Notes under the pieces: generated by a model
Databases searched by the model: none
What the model was told of the DNA's origin: nothing
What the model saw: only the letters and a program-made list of their open reading frames with translations
Shown: positions 25,560 through 39,789 of the stretch, piece by piece
How positions within the stretch are numbered: the stretch's first letter is position 1
Layout: every line of letters begins with the position of its first letter
NCBI GenBank assembly: GCA_951804945.1
Contig: OX638157.1
Location: 54,126,001 to 54,190,000 of the forward strand
DNA from: Podarcis cretensis
Taxonomy: Eukaryota
Direction of reading: 5' to 3'
Length of the DNA: 64,000 bases
Made by a program: the position numbers and the translations under genes

Positions 25560-27380
25560 AATTGCATCATAAAAGACATTGGCCAGTCTCTTACAGTAAC
25601 ATTACTAAAAAGAGTATACATCTTCTTCTTTTTATGTTATTTTAAGCAGAAGCTTTTTTAATGCAAGAAGCCATTACTCACTCTAGAGCTTAAAGCTATC
25701 GCCAAGAGTCAAAATGGAAATACCAATGCCATGACAACATAGATGAATCTTTGGCTTTCCAGACAGCGGATTTATTTTTAAATGGTGTGAATCCAATCTG
25801 CACTGGGAAGCCAACTTTGAAACACAAAGGAGGGATTGGCAATGGGAGGTTTTCTCTGGCTCAGCTGAAGTGAGGCTCTCCATTGCATTTTCATCCTAGC
25901 AGAGCGCGTAACTGTGAAAATCGTTCAAATTGTAATTCTCATCGGCTTGCCAAAAGGGGATTATGAATTAAAGTCAGTGTTGCAGGAAATGTCACCTGCC
26001 CTTCTGGAAAGTCTAACAATAAATCAAAAAAAGGTCCTTTTGTTCATCCTTTTTAAAAGGAAATAAATAAATAAAAACCCTCTTTGCTCTTTATCATTAA
26101 CACGGAAGGTCAACAGCCCACCAACCGCTTCTTATCAGTGTTCATTTTCAAAGCTTTTTTTCCAAAGTTTTTTATTTTTTTATTTTTTAGAAACCTAATT
26201 TGCTTTTGAACAAAAAGGAATATAATGAGTGAGTTCAATGAAACACTTTTTTTTGGGGGGGGAGGCAGGTAGCCCACAAAGAAAGTTGCATAGAGGAAGA
26301 CAAAGGTGAACTGAGCAATGCTGGATGGGTTTGTAGCGCAGCTTAACTCTTACAAGGTGTTTATAAAGAGGCAAGAAGATGGGGACTATGGTTTGTTTCT
26401 GCCATCAGCTGAGCCAAACAAAAGAACAGCATTCTACAGAGAGAAAGAATGTGATCAATAGTTCTTTTGGAGATAACCAGAGTAATATATTTAATTGGGG
26501 CACGCATATGAAACGTGGCGAACCAGGGTATAGATCCACAATCTTTTTTCTTTTTTTTTTTATCTAATATCTCCTGAGACTTCAACAGAAACGGGGATGT
26601 TGCCTATGAAAATTGTTTTTATCCCACACCTGGGGTGGCAGGAATTACCTGCTGTCAAGTGATACTTCCTTGCATTCATTAAAAAATGAGAATGGACACA
26701 GAAGGGGTTGCTGATAGAGCCACTTCTATCTCAAACAAAACCTGCCATTGATATGTTAAGGTTTCCTGCTATTCCGAATATATGGGGAAGCAATTGCACT
26801 GAAAGAGAAACATCCAGGAAATAATTCTTCTCTGCCAGGACTACCAGGGCATACTAACAAGGGCATGAAATGTACTAAAAACTTACAGCCACAGGAAAAT
26901 ATGAACGTTTTGAGGGGATGACTTCAGGTCCTGTGGGGACTGCCAACTGGGCCTACATGTGGCAATGCGGAAACATCATAATTGGGCATACATCACTTTT
27001 GCATCCTTCTGTTGAAGAAGGAAACAGAACACCTCACGTGAACAATGGCAGGTGAAGGACAGAAGCCTCAGAAAATAATATTAATAAACCCCAAACCCTG
27101 CATAGTTCAAAACCTGAAAGCTTGATGGCCAACAAGCACAGAACCAGGATGGTGAATGTTAGGAACTCCAAGCCTCTCTATGTGGCCCTCAGGACTCGCA
27201 CCACACCCATCCCCACCTGTACCTCTTCTCACAAGGCCATTCCCCCTTACTAATCCTCCTTTGCACCCTTCTTTAATATTTTTGTCTATCTGGCATGTGG
27301 CCTTAAATTCTGATAATGCCTCATGTTTGGAAGGAGGACAAAATGGGATGGATTGGTTAGTAGAAACTAACCTACTGTAC

Positions 27381-27767
27381 CGCCAAAGAATCGATGCTTT
27401 TGAATTATGGTGCTGGAGGAAACTCTTGAGAGTCCCATGGACTGCAAGAAGATCAAACCTAACCATTGTGAAGGAAATCAGCCCTGAGTGCTCACTGGAA
27501 GGACACATCCTGAAGCTGAGGCTCCAGTGCTTTGGCCACCTCATGAGAAGAGAAGACTCCCTGGAAAAGACCCTGATGTTGGGAAAGATGGAGGGCACAA
27601 GGAGAAGGGGACGACAGAGGACGAGATGGTTGGACAGTGTTCTCGAAGCTACCAGCATGAATTTGACCAAACTGCGGGAGGCAGTGGAAGACAGGAGTGC
27701 CTGGTGGGCTCTGGTTCATGGGGTCACGAAGAGTCGGACACGACTAAATGACTAAACAACAACAACA
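27381..27767 (+). mobile_element. BovB (RTE) LINE 3' fragment
   Basis: RIDAFELWCWRKLLRVPWTARRSN...GVTKSRTRLND; (CAA)n tail; TSD AACCTACTGTAC/AACCTACTCTAC. Confidence 0.95.
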
Positions 27768-29464
27768 AACCTACTCTACAAAGGTAATTTACATTTGTTG
27801 CTCCACCTGTTTTTTTGCCTCTGGTCCCACCTGCCATGTGGTCATCGAAAGGTTGCACAGAAGGTAATATGTTCCTGGGGCTGAAACATTTGTCCATAGA
27901 AACTATGGGTATAGATGGGTCCCAAAACCCATGAGAACTGAAGTCCCAGAGCGCTGTACGTTGATGGGCATTGCCATTCAAATGGTGTGCATCTGCTGTG
28001 TCATGTGATCGATTATGCAGGGGCGGGGCTTACCCGCCCCTCCATATTTTATTCAAGTTGGTACCCCTGACAACTAGTTTCCAGGATTCTTCTGGAGGGG
28101 TGTGTACTTTAAATGAGTTTTAATTGTATGATGTGCATGCAGCCTTACTCTACCCATGACAACACACAACTTATGTTGTGAACCATTCTTTTTGGCTGAA
28201 GGGTGGTATACAAATTGAATAAGTAATAATAATAGCTTCTCAGGGATTTTATTTGAAAGAAGTCTAGCAAATAGTAGAGTGCTTCTATGTCCCCAGAACC
28301 TTATGCAAAAATAACCAGTGACATTCATATTTCACCTTAACTCCAAAGAATTCAAGATGACATATGTGATTCGCTCACTTCATTTCCCCCCCACTCCACC
28401 CTGTGAGGTAGATTAGCTATGTGGGCTCCAGTTCACCTATGGTTGAGCAGGGATTTGACTAAACTGGTGGTCCTTTAAAAATGAAGCAACTGAACAGTCT
28501 GACCAACACTATACAAAAGTTGTGGTATAATATGTATCCTTACAACTTTCTGAGTTAAAAGCAACAAACAAAATGATATATTTCCAAGGATGCAGAAGGC
28601 TCGTGTATCAGTGGAAGGTTTTCAAATTGGGCCTTTTTGTAGCGATACATTCAATTTGTTTCTCTCTCTTTGCTTTCTAGAGTTAATATTGTTACTTTGA
28701 AATGCTCCTAGCATCCTGTAAGTAGGAAGAGAACAGTTATTTTCAGCGATTGGTTTCAGTTTTGTCCCCTGCATGCTCGCTTCGATATGAGGTGTAACGA
28801 AATGTTACAGCTTGCATTCAGTTGCATAAATGACGCATGTCCTTGCAAACACAAGCTGCAGATTTCCATAACAATATGCTATATTGGGCTTGTTTGCATT
28901 GCCCATCTTCCTGTTCTCACTCTTCACACTTTAAAAGTCAGCTTTATGTGAGGGAGAATTAAGGAGAAAAGGGGGAAATGAATTTTGGATGAGATTATGA
29001 GCTGACCTCAAAAATGTCCATTGCACAACTCGAAGCTAAAGCGTTGCCATGAAAAATCACATTTATAAGTTATGTGCTAACTTACAGACATCACAATGAC
29101 ATTTTGAATTATGACACCAAATGCTGAAGCTTGATTTAATCTAAAAGCCACAATTTTGTCCAGATTTTAGTTATGGAAAATTGTTTGGATTTTTTTTTTT
29201 TTTTTAAAGAGGATTGTGTCTGAAAACAAAAGACTTGTTTAACCGTTCGTAGCTTTTTCAGTCTCTCGTGTTGCGACAGTATGGAAGCATGTAATTTTCA
29301 TTTAGCAATTGAAACAGATTGAGGAAACAAAGAGTTTTCTATCTTATCTGTAAACAACGACTGCACTGAGCTCAAGACAGTCATCTTCATTGTTACTCAG
29401 ACTAAAGAAGTGGATTGCAATGCTCTGATATATCAGCAACATACAAGGAAGATCAGTAAAACAG

Positions 29465-29928
29465 CAGACACCTCAAGTGTCCCGATTTAATAGGGACACC
29501 CCAAATTTACAGAAGCTGCCCCGGCTTCTGAACTTAATCCAGGATGCCCCAATTTTCCCAGAAGCTGCTCAAGGCCATGCCCCATCTACTGATGGGGCAT
29601 AGACTGGAGTGACCTTCCTGGGACCACATTAGACTTCATACTGACTCTAGCAGCCGCCAGGTATGGTGTGGTCTTGTGGGGGCCTCTCTAGGCCTCACAC
29701 CATTTCTGGTGGCTGCCAGGCCTGGCACAGCCTTCCCAGGGCCACTCTAGGCCTGGCATCATCTTGTCTTGTGAGAAGGCCGAATACAGCAAAGGTAAGA
29801 GAAGGGAGGGGTGTGGGGGGTGAGCAGGCAGGCAAGGAAGGGGTCAGCGGCCAGGAGGGGGTGAGCGATGGAGATGCTGGATGGTGGGGGGTGTCCTGAA
29901 TTTTTCTAACAAAGTGTTGGAGGATACG
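29465..29928. mobile_element. Degenerate hAT-like non-autonomous element
   Basis: Subterminal TGTCCCG..GGGACA motifs at left; GTGTCC...TGTTGGAGGATACG at right. Confidence 0.55.
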
Positions 29929-29934
29929 AAATGG

Positions 29935-30058
29935 GCTAGACCTTCTAAATATTGCTGGACTACAACTCCCATCATCCATGACACTTGACTATGATGGCTG
30001 GTGATGATGGAAACTGGAATTCAGTCATAACTGGAAGGTCACAGACTCCCCCCATCCT
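29935..30058. mobile_element. Short palindromic MITE (CTACAACTCCCATCATCC...GATGATGG family)
   Basis: Relatives near 11820-11935, 19350-19470, 32990-33090 and 52770-52905. Confidence 0.65.
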
Positions 30059-30806
30059 TGCATTATGAGGGCACAATTCATTTCTTTGCCCTGGTAATGT
30101 GTCCCACGATGTTCTCTTGAACTGGTGTAGCAGTAAGAGATTGCTCGTCTGTTCTAGTATCCATTTGTGCACCCTTCACCCCCCCAAAAAAAAATTAATA
30201 ATTTTTGACCATTCATTGGCTGGGTTGGAACAAAACAAAACTCCTGAAAAGTCATAGGACTAGGGAGAGAAGAGAGATCTCTTTGAAAATTTCAGGAAAG
30301 AGTTGTCACTTACCATACTTAACCTTTATGAGGTGGTCAATGATTTTCCATGTTTCATGCTTTTAAAACTATTTTAGTAAGCAGCTTGCAGCAAAAATAA
30401 GTCTCTTTCTGCATCTTCTCACAGGCTGGAACATCTTGGGAATGATGCAACATTCACATCATGTTGCTCCCAAGGCATTCTGGGATGTGTAGATGGAAGA
30501 GAGCAGTGCTTTTCACTGGTAACACTGCCTGGTGAGACACAGTAAGATGATGGCGATCATCATCATCACCCACCCATCTGACTGGATTGGCCCAGTCACT
30601 CTGGGCAGCTTCCAATAAAATATTAAAACCTCCCTGTACAGAACAGCCTTTTTGAACATCTCAAAATAATTCATCTCCAGAAAATCACCACACACTCTCT
30701 CATTTTTGCAGTGGGGGCGGGGAGGATATTTTGGGGGAGTGAGAAGCAATTTTTCTTAGAAAGGAACACTTGTTCTTCATCCTTCCTGGTGTACTTGGGA
30801 CTATTT

Positions 30807-31170
30807 AAAGGTAAAGGTACTCCTTCCCATACGGGCCAGTCGTGTCCGACTCTAGGATTGCGCGCTCATCTCGCTCAAGAGGCCAGGAGGCAGCGCTGTC
30901 CGGAGACACTTCCGGGTCACGTGGCCAGCATGACTAAGTGGCATCTGGCGAGCCAGCACCAGCGCCACACACGGAAACGCCGTTTACCTTCCTGCTATAA
31001 AGCGGTACCTATTTATCTACTTGCACTTAGGGGTGCTTTCGAACTGCTAGGTGGGCAGGAGCTGGGACCGAACAACGAGAGCTCACCCCGCCGCGGGGAT
31101 TCAAACCACCGACCTTGCGATCAGCAAGTCCTAGGCACTGAGGTTTTACCCACAGTGCCACCCGCGTCCC
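30807..31170 (-). mobile_element. Full-length Sauria SINE (same subfamily as 8423)
   Basis: AAGGTAAAGGTAC..ACGGGCCAGTC...CACCCGCGTCCC; no clear TSD. Confidence 0.93.
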
Positions 31171-31837
31171 TGTTAGTAGTAGTTAAAAAGGCCATATATG
31201 TGGTGAGTCTCTCTTATTTTGCTGGGAAATTGTGATGCTCTGCTTCAAACTATTTTAGGTCAATAAAATAATTATTATGAACTTGAGATTTCAGATTGTC
31301 ATGGGAGATGATTATTCTCTGGAGCTTAAAGAAGGCAACCAAAGTCTAAGTAGCTGGTGAGTGGTGAAGTGATCGTTTTTCCAGATGAACAGGGAAGATG
31401 TTTTATGAGTCTCTCCCTTCCTTCAATGTCTGCCCAGTGGTTGCAAATACAGCTGGCAGATTGAGTCATAGCTAATAAGACTGTTTAATTGATAACCGTG
31501 AAGCTTAGGAACCTTTAGAGACAAGAAACAGGAAATGTCTTAAAGCCAGAGCTTACCTCCTGAGTGACTTGAAGCAAGAAAGGTAATCATTCGAAGCTGG
31601 AGGCTTCAGCTCAAACTGAAAATGTGTAACAAAGGATTTAAAGCTGTCTTGGATTTTATATACATTTTTTAATTGTATAATTTGGACTTTTTGTCTCTTA
31701 TAATTTGTTTTAAACTTTAATTGCACGTGAATCTAGGCTTACTCTTATGTTACACCGATCACAACTACAAGCTTCCACTACACATAAAATAACACTTGTT
31801 GGTTTGTGCAGCTTAGCTGTTGTGTACACAGGTACAA

Positions 31838-32022
31838 NNNNNNNNNNNNNNNNNNNNNNNNNNNNNNNNNNNNNNNNNNNNNNNNNNNNNNNNNNNNNNN
31901 NNNNNNNNNNNNNNNNNNNNNNNNNNNNNNNNNNNNNNNNNNNNNNNNNNNNNNNNNNNNNNNNNNNNNNNNNNNNNNNNNNNNNNNNNNNNNNNNNNNN
32001 NNNNNNNNNNNNNNNNNNNNNN
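31838..32022. other. Assembly gap (N run)
   Basis: 185 N. It sits inside a TGTACA/CACTTGTT-rich repeat similar to 47860-47960. Confidence 0.99.
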
Positions 32023-33559
32023 AACTGTACACTTGTTATATGAGTGTGCAGCTCAACTATTTCTGTACACAAATTATATACTTGTTGAATGTAATGTATG
32101 AACACCCCTACAGAAAACAATTCCCAGCAACTGACACACAGCAGTGTATGGCCTCCAACGCTGGATGCGGTACATAGTCATCATGGCTAGTAGCCATCCA
32201 GCTTGGGGTCAGTCTGACCTACATCCTGACTACATCCTGTTTCTCTCAACCCACCAGAACATGCAGTTGTTAGGTGATGCAGAAGGGAATAGGCAAAAAG
32301 CTCACCTCCCTTCTCCTCTGTCAGCGGTCATCTTCCACAGGAGCAACAGTGCTAGGAGGTTTAATGAGAATCTGCCCTCAGTTCTCTTTTAGTTGACCAG
32401 GCCATTCCCTTAAAACCATCTCTTCCTATGCCTCATTTCACACAGCAATGTAAAGCCACCTTTCCTCAGCCTTTACCACTCTGCCCAAGCATCAATTCAA
32501 TGCCAGCCTCGTAGTTTCATTTGGTCTTAAAGTAAATTATTCACACAGCATTGTTTGCACCTGGTGATTTTTTCTTTGAAAGCAATTTGTATTTGAATGA
32601 GTTCATATTCCAGAATGTGCAATATGGATGTTCAAGGGTATGTTTTTCCATTGTGGAGCATTCATCCATTTCATTGTTTGTTATTATTTTAGCAGGTTTA
32701 TGGTATTGCAGAGGCAGATAGTTTAAATGAAGTACGGAAATTTCAAATGGTTGAACATCCAAGAGGGGAAATTGCTGAAGTAAAGCAAAGTGACAACAGG
32801 AAACTAATTTTTAATCTTCAGAGGATATGACTTAGAACTTTTATTAACTCAAGTGCACAAATTCATGAGATTGATTCCCAAATGTGTAATGTTTTACTTG
32901 TTAATCAAACAAATTATCTGAGTCATATTAAGTTTAAAACAGCTTCTGGAGACGTTCTGAGACGTTATCTAGATGCCCAAAGTGATGCCAACCAGATGTT
33001 CTGGACTCCAACCCCCACTGGTCCCCATCAGCATGGCTAATTATGTGAGCTGTATTCCACAATATCTAGAGGGCACCATATTGGGTTCTCCTGGTTTAAA
33101 TTATTGCTGAATTCTGGAGGGTAGTGGAGAACTTGTGTGTTAGAAACAAACAATGCTTTTTTTTCAGAGAGTGGAGCATTGTGAAATAGACATATAACTG
33201 CCTGTTGTGTGACAACAAGTTTTACAGGTATTTGCAGTGTTTTTGTTTGTTTGTTTTTTAAATATTGTCCAGAGGCAACAGGTACATCAATAGCAATGAT
33301 GCCTCTATTGTCCAACTGTTCAAAAAACCCGTAAGTCTCCAATCTAAGAGGATCTAGGCAAACTGTGAAGCAAGTCCAGACACTCGCTTGCAAACTGGTG
33401 GCCTATTGCTGGTGTACAGCTGTAAATTAGAGCTAGATAATAAAAGATAATTAACTCTAGGAATAATACTGAAGTACCACAGCCCACCATACAGATGCAA
33501 AATCACAAATAAAAGGCATACTTAATGTATAGAAGGGTGCCTGAACATTTTGCTTCATA

Positions 33560-34075
33560 ACTTTCTTTCTAAGAGGGCTAGAGACTTACTGTACAGTTTT
33601 TAAGAAGAGAAGCTCAGGCCCCCCACCTTTGCAGGCCTCATGGAGTCCTCAGGTACTGGGTTGGTGAACATCATCCTGAAATATGCAGCCATTTAACAGG
33701 TGCCTTATTCACTCTCCAAAGCGCTGTGGCCATATTTCTTCCCACCCCAGCCCCCAGGGTATCTCCAGTGGCCAGGACTGTTGCTCCAATTGAAGTCCTC
33801 TCTGCTAGCCATCTCCACTTTAAGGCTACCTGTTTTCTGTTTTCTTTGATGCCTCTGACGTTGTGGAGTCTCCCTCTAAACCCCCACCATTTGCTACTGC
33901 TGCTGCTGCATGCCATATCTCATCCATTCCAGTCCATGTTTACACCCAGCTGTACCAGATCTCTTGTGGCAGCTCAGTCCTGACAGCATACGGTAATTCA
34001 CACTGGCCTGATGGGCCTCATGCCCTGCGTGAGATGCAACAGCATTCTAGATATTTCCAGCTAAGGAAAGCTGGT
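33560..34075 (-). mobile_element. Old L2 LINE fragment
   Basis: CCAGCTGTACCAGAT...GCAGC...AGCATTCTAGATATTTCCAGCT resembles the antisense of the RLQ..QNAAARL region; strongly decayed. Confidence 0.45.
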
Positions 34076-35039
34076 TAGTGGCAGTAAGGTTGCAATTTGG
34101 GTAAATTTGAGCACCATTCCTGCTCCTGAAGCATAGTTTGCTACAAGCAAGTTATTCAGAGCACACTTCGCCCGAAATTATCATTCTAATACAGGAGAAC
34201 CTGTTCACCTCAAATGTGCTCTTCAGTCATGTTCTGAATTCATGGTTTATTTTCTGCCATTAGTCTGTTTTGCATCCCAATAATTCTGATTTCATATGTT
34301 CTAACATATATTCCCTTTCTCGCTCCATGTTTTAAAAACATGTTTATTGAGACTATTAAAAAATATACAACATGCATGAATTAAAGCCCACTAATTAGGA
34401 GGGAGGGAGAAGCCCCAAGAAAGGAGAAGAAAAAGAGAGATAATATGCATCACAGAAAAAGATTTGGTGAAGGAACAGAGCACAGTAGTGGGGGCATCTG
34501 CTTTTAATACAGAAGTTCCCTGGTTCAGTTCCCAACATCTCCAGGTAGGGCTAGGAGATCTAGATGGACCAATGGTCTTATTCTGCAGCTTTCTATTCTT
34601 CCTTTTGTCATCTTTCTAATGAACAAAATGATATAGGCCACAGCACATACTCGATCCCATCAAAACTGAGGAACATTCACCCCAAACTTCACCCTAAAGT
34701 TTGATAGGGGGAGGTCCCTAGTTTAATGGAGTTTTTATGTGTGCATTCACCTCCTTTTTTCTTTTTTAGTATATCCAAAAGAACCTTTCACAAAGGTTCC
34801 TCAGACAACTTGCCTCTTTCATATGCTGTAACAAGGACATGCACCCTAGATTTGTTTTCTGCAGCATTTTTCTATCTCTTGTATCTTTCTCTTATATCAT
34901 ATATGTGGCTCCCATCAAGGTACTGACCAGATCCAATCCTGGTGGTTTTAGATGCCTGAAAAAACAGACTAAGACCTTTCTAAAAGCAAGCAGATTAGAG
35001 CTGCATGTCTCTGCCCCCCTTTTTGGGCAAAAGGTAGTA

Positions 35040-35281
35040 CAGTGGTACCTCGGCTTAAGCACTTTATTCGTTCCGGAGGTCTGTTCTTAACCTGAAACTG
35101 TTCATAACCTGAAGCACCACTTTAGCTAATGGGGCCTCCTGCTGCCGCTGCACCGCTGGAGGACAATTTCTGTTCTCATCCTGAAGCAAAGTTCTTAACC
35201 TGAGGTACTATTTCTGGGTTAGCGGAGTCTGTAACCTGAAGCGTCTGTAACCTGAAGCGAATGTAACCCGAGGTACCACTG
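35040..35281. mobile_element. Tc1/mariner (Tigger-like) MITE
   Basis: TA|CAGTGGTACCTCGG...CCGAGGTACCACTG|TA. Confidence 0.93.
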
Positions 35282-36867
35282 TAGCTGCTTTCTTATACAG
35301 ATGCAACTAAGCCTAGTTCCAGGGTGGCAGTTAGCAACCCAAAGCTTCTCTATCAGTTTGTGGGGTGGCTCGACCATGCTTATAGCTCAATGTACAATCT
35401 GTCTGGCAGGCAATGAGAATTCCTAAATGATGTTTTGCCAACCTTGTTCTAAAAGGCCACTTTTGTGTGTGTGTTTTCATGCTGCTTGTATACACACACC
35501 TTACAGGCCATCACAATCTATTAAAATAATTCAAACAAATCCTCATTAGCACTTCATTTTATTGAAGCCCATCTTTTGTTTGTACCACCACAAAAGTCAA
35601 ATAACCACTTGAGTGTAAATCAAAGCTAACATAACAGATATAACAGATTTTATGCCCGACAGTTCAGACAGATTAAGCTGCGAAATGGTTTTAAAAATTT
35701 AAGCAACACAGCAATTGCTTTGTTTCTCCCGCTATTGATGGCAGTTGTATTCTGCAAGACTTTACCCCGGTGTCATTCATTGTGCCTCCGACAAGTTTCT
35801 TCCTAATTGTAAAATTACAAACACCAGAAATGGGAGAGAACCAAGTGATAACTACAATTTATAGGCTCGAAGAATGGCCCATTCGCTCACTCCTCCTTCA
35901 TAATGATTTGCTAAAATGTTGGCTGCAATCCTCATCATTTGGCTGACTTTTTAAGTGTTCTCTAGATATAACTTTTCCGATTCGTTACATGGCAACTGCT
36001 AATAAATGCCGCAAACTTCATCAAGTCATCCAAAACATTTATGTACTTTTAGAATGCATTTAAATAGTGTTGGGGAAATGCTCGCAAGTTGCTCAGCACC
36101 AGAAATGTAGCTTTTGCTGCTTTGCATGGGATAACTTGGGACTTATGAAAATCTTGGGTAATGTGTGCTTTATTAATTTGGCTTTTTAAAAGCAGCAACA
36201 AATCACAACTATTTTTATCTTTATCTGCATATGAGACTTGTTCACACATTGCAGTAAACCCAGGAACAAATGGGCCCTGCGTAGGTACAGGTGGTTGTGT
36301 GAAAGGGTGCACTTTTTTGGTATATACTGCTCAGCCATGTACAAAGGTATATAGATTGTACTCTCACTGAATGTAACATAACACACTCCTAAAGAAACTC
36401 AGTTATCTCTAGATCTGTGTCAGAAGTGTATGTTCTCATGTTTACCATGAAAGTCAATCTGTGTACATTTCATATTTAGGGAGGGTATCTTTAGACAAAG
36501 GGTGATTCATGATAATATTCCTATGTATTTAAAAGTAGCAAGAGAAGTGGCTTTCCATTGGTGATGTTGGCTCAAAATGGCAATGATTGTTTGCAAGATG
36601 TTTCACTCACCTTGAAATGGATAGCTTCAATTTATTTTAATTTGGGGTAGAGGGGTGAATAGCAAAATACAAGCTCCTGGCTGCTCATCCTTGCCTCCCT
36701 GGACCAGTGCCACATCACAGGATTTAAACAGGACAGAATAAATTATCTGTAGCAGTTCTCTCGTTCTTTTTAAATCATTCTCACTCTGTCTCTATTGCTC
36801 TATTTCTCTGTCTTCTTGTTGGGAGTCGAGAAACAATCAATTTGAAATGGATTCATACATGAAATGA

Positions 36868-37267
36868 CCGTACTTTTCTGTGTATAAGACTAGGTTTTTT
36901 TATTTAAAATTTATGCTAAAAAGTGGGGGTCATCTTATACATGGATAGTGCAGAGGGTAGACACTTGATTGGTTGCTGCCATGGCTCTCAGTGGCTATTG
37001 TGCATGTTATTGGTTGCCTCGTCAATAGTTGGTGTTGATTGGCTGATGCTGTGGCAATTGAATGGGTGGTTGGCAGCTTCTGCTGGCAAGGGGACAGTCG
37101 AGAGGCGAATTCTGCAACATGTGTGGGTGAACAATTTTCAGCAACCCCCCCCCCAAACAACTCTGTACAATCTCCCCCCATTTTCTTAAATTTGAGTCCC
37201 CAAAAATAGGGGGACTATTTGTTTCATGTCCTATACATGGGAGTGTCTTATACATGAATAAATACGG
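36868..37267. mobile_element. Tc1/mariner-type MITE (CCGTA TIR)
   Basis: CCGTACTTTTCTGTGTATAAGAC...GTCTTATACATGAATAAATACGG|TA. Confidence 0.85.
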
Positions 37268-38881
37268 TAGGTGACTTCTACCCAACCAAGCCTTGCCCAC
37301 ATTAGATCACCTCTTGCACATGTCCAAGCTGTTTGTACATTGTCATCTTCTTATTTATTTATTCTTATATTCTTATTTATTAAAATTCACCTGATTTTAT
37401 GCAAAATCATACACAAATACAGACATATAATATACACAGAGTCAAAATTCATGGTGTCCTCTGGGTTGTATCCAACACTGCACATACAGAGTTCTGCTTA
37501 TGCAGTGGGACTTTCTGTTTCTCTCCGCTCCCCGCACACCCTCTAAATCTGCTCTGGAAGGTCCTCCATCAGGTTTCATGGGGGCACTGGGGAACTCCAA
37601 GATGGAGGAGGGGGAGGTTATGTTGCACAAGTGGAAGTCAGCTGTGCTAGCAGAACAATACCTTTGAATACGACTCTGTGTTTCTGCATTTATTATGTGT
37701 ATTAATGTGTAAGTGCTTTTATCAAGTTAGATTCATTGTTGGCTGCTTTAAGAAATGTGGAAAGTCCATGTGCAGGAATAGCTCGTCAGGTGCGATGGAG
37801 TCACTGTGCCAACTTCCTGAATGATGGGTCTCTGTTACTTGCTGGGTGGAGCAAGGAAGCAGGAAAGTCATTGCCAGGAAAATAGAGCAGCAGCTCTGCT
37901 TCATCTTGTGATCTGCTTCTGCACATCTGTATAACATTATACTTATAACAATCTTATAATAGTGCATATAATATATAAGAATTGTTTGCAAGTTTATTCG
38001 ATCTTGTTGTTTTAATAAAGCTCTCATTTCTCAATGAAATCAAGGAGCAAGATTTGAATGGGGGGAATCTATGCAGTTGAGCTCACCATCATGATTTTCA
38101 GATTATTTCACCCGTATTCCTTGTTTTTCTCACTTTTACTGCAAACCTTCCTCCCATTCCTTAGAAGCTGAAATTTACTACACAGCCATGCCTCAGTGCC
38201 TCCTCCTCTATCTTCCTTCATGGGAACCCTCCAACACTAAACCAGTTAATTGCTATTTTGTTACATATTCTCAACAACAGCAAAAAGCAATTTCTGGAAA
38301 AGTAATGGCAGGGATTGAAGTGGGCCTCTTAAAATATATTTGTAAAGTCACAGTGTGCCATGCCATTGCATTCAACCATTATTATTATTATTATTTAAAA
38401 AGGAAAAATGAACCTGAAATACTTTTATGTTTCAGTTTATTTCTTTTTTTATAAGAATGTCTTGAAAAACACTGAAAGATCTTGGGGGAACCCTCTGATG
38501 CTTTATCCCCCCCAAAAAAATTACAAAGTTTTTAAAGGCGTTCCCTATCACAAACACACACAGAGATCAACGGTGCAATCTTATGACACAACTGCCACGA
38601 AGTTCAATGGGTTTCTTTCCCAAGGAAACCTGCTGAATGATTGGCAAAATAATTAAGTGGCAGCATTTCAGCAAACACTTTATCCTCAATTTCTCATATA
38701 TTTGGTCAAATCACTGGAGAGGAAAGGCAAACAGATAGCAGAAGCAAGAAGGAGTAGCCAGTTCATTGGGGTGATGGCTCTCAAAGCATATGCAGATTTT
38801 CCAGAGATCTGGCTGGGATGTTGCCTAAGAGTTCAGCCAAACATTTGTTGTGGTAGGACCAGACAGAATCAGAGCTCAGTA

Positions 38882-39090
38882 CAGTGGTACCTCAGGTTAA
38901 GAACTTAATTCGTTCTGGAGGTCTGTTCTTAACCTGAAGCACCACTTTAGCTAATGGGGCCTCCTGCTGCCGCCGCGCTGCCACTGCACGATTTCTGTTC
39001 TCATCCTGAAGCAAAGCTCTTAACCCGAGGTACTATTTCTGGGTTAGTGGAGTCTGTAACCTGAAGCATCTGTAACCTGAGGTACCACTG
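38882..39090. mobile_element. Tc1/mariner (Tigger-like) MITE
   Basis: TA|CAGTGGTACCTCAGGTTA...TAACCTGAGGTACCACTG|TA. Confidence 0.93.
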
Positions 39091-39789
39091 TATTGTTGTG
39101 CATTTGGCAAGGCCTACACTCTAGCAGGGGGCTGAGAGATAAATCAGATTGCTTTACTTTTAGTTGGCGAATCATGTAAATACATGAGTGATCCTGTTTA
39201 GGTTGCTTGTTTAATCAAAAGGATTCCCAGGTAGGCATTTTGAAAGAGTCCCAGTTCATTAACCATCCAAGAAAGTGAAGTAAAATTTATTCTGTTTTTT
39301 CTCTAGTTGCCATTTCCTATTTGGGTGTTTTTTCCTCCACTTGATTGACATCTGTATAGTACTGAGACCTTTTAACTGCAGTACAAATGACAAGGGAATC
39401 ACCACAAATAGATAACGTCTAGTTTGAATAATATTGCTTTTGTGAACCACAATGCTAAATTGACATACTTTGGAGTATTCTTGTTGACAATGGAACTTTT
39501 TAAAATGAGTCTTTTCCTATATATTTTTAGCTTCAGTTACAAGTGTACAATACTGATTCAAAGCTCCATACTTATCTTTCCAATTCTGGGTATCTGTACA
39601 TGAAATAGTTCAACTATATGGTGAATAGGGTATGTGTTTGAAGCAGAAACTAAACAATTTCACACTCAGAATTTCCAACTTATTTCGCTTGTTTTTTAAA
39701 AAAAGTTACCATTCATGTTTGGACATTTTGTTCCAAAATTTCATGAGGGTTTATTTTTTATTTTATTTTTATTGTTTATTGAGTAATCC

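Noticed and set aside
27107-27755. 187-aa and 199-aa ORFs
   Set aside because: They are the sense and antisense frames of a BovB fragment fused to flanking DNA.
30711-31235. 174-aa ORF
   Set aside because: It reads through an antisense Sauria SINE. Similar peptides recur at other SINE copies.
31710-32177. ORFs spanning the N run
   Set aside because: They are artefacts of the assembly gap.
35220-35270. Repeated TGTAACCTGAAGCG units as a CRISPR-like array
   Set aside because: They are short subterminal repeats of a mariner-type MITE with no unique spacers, in a eukaryotic context.
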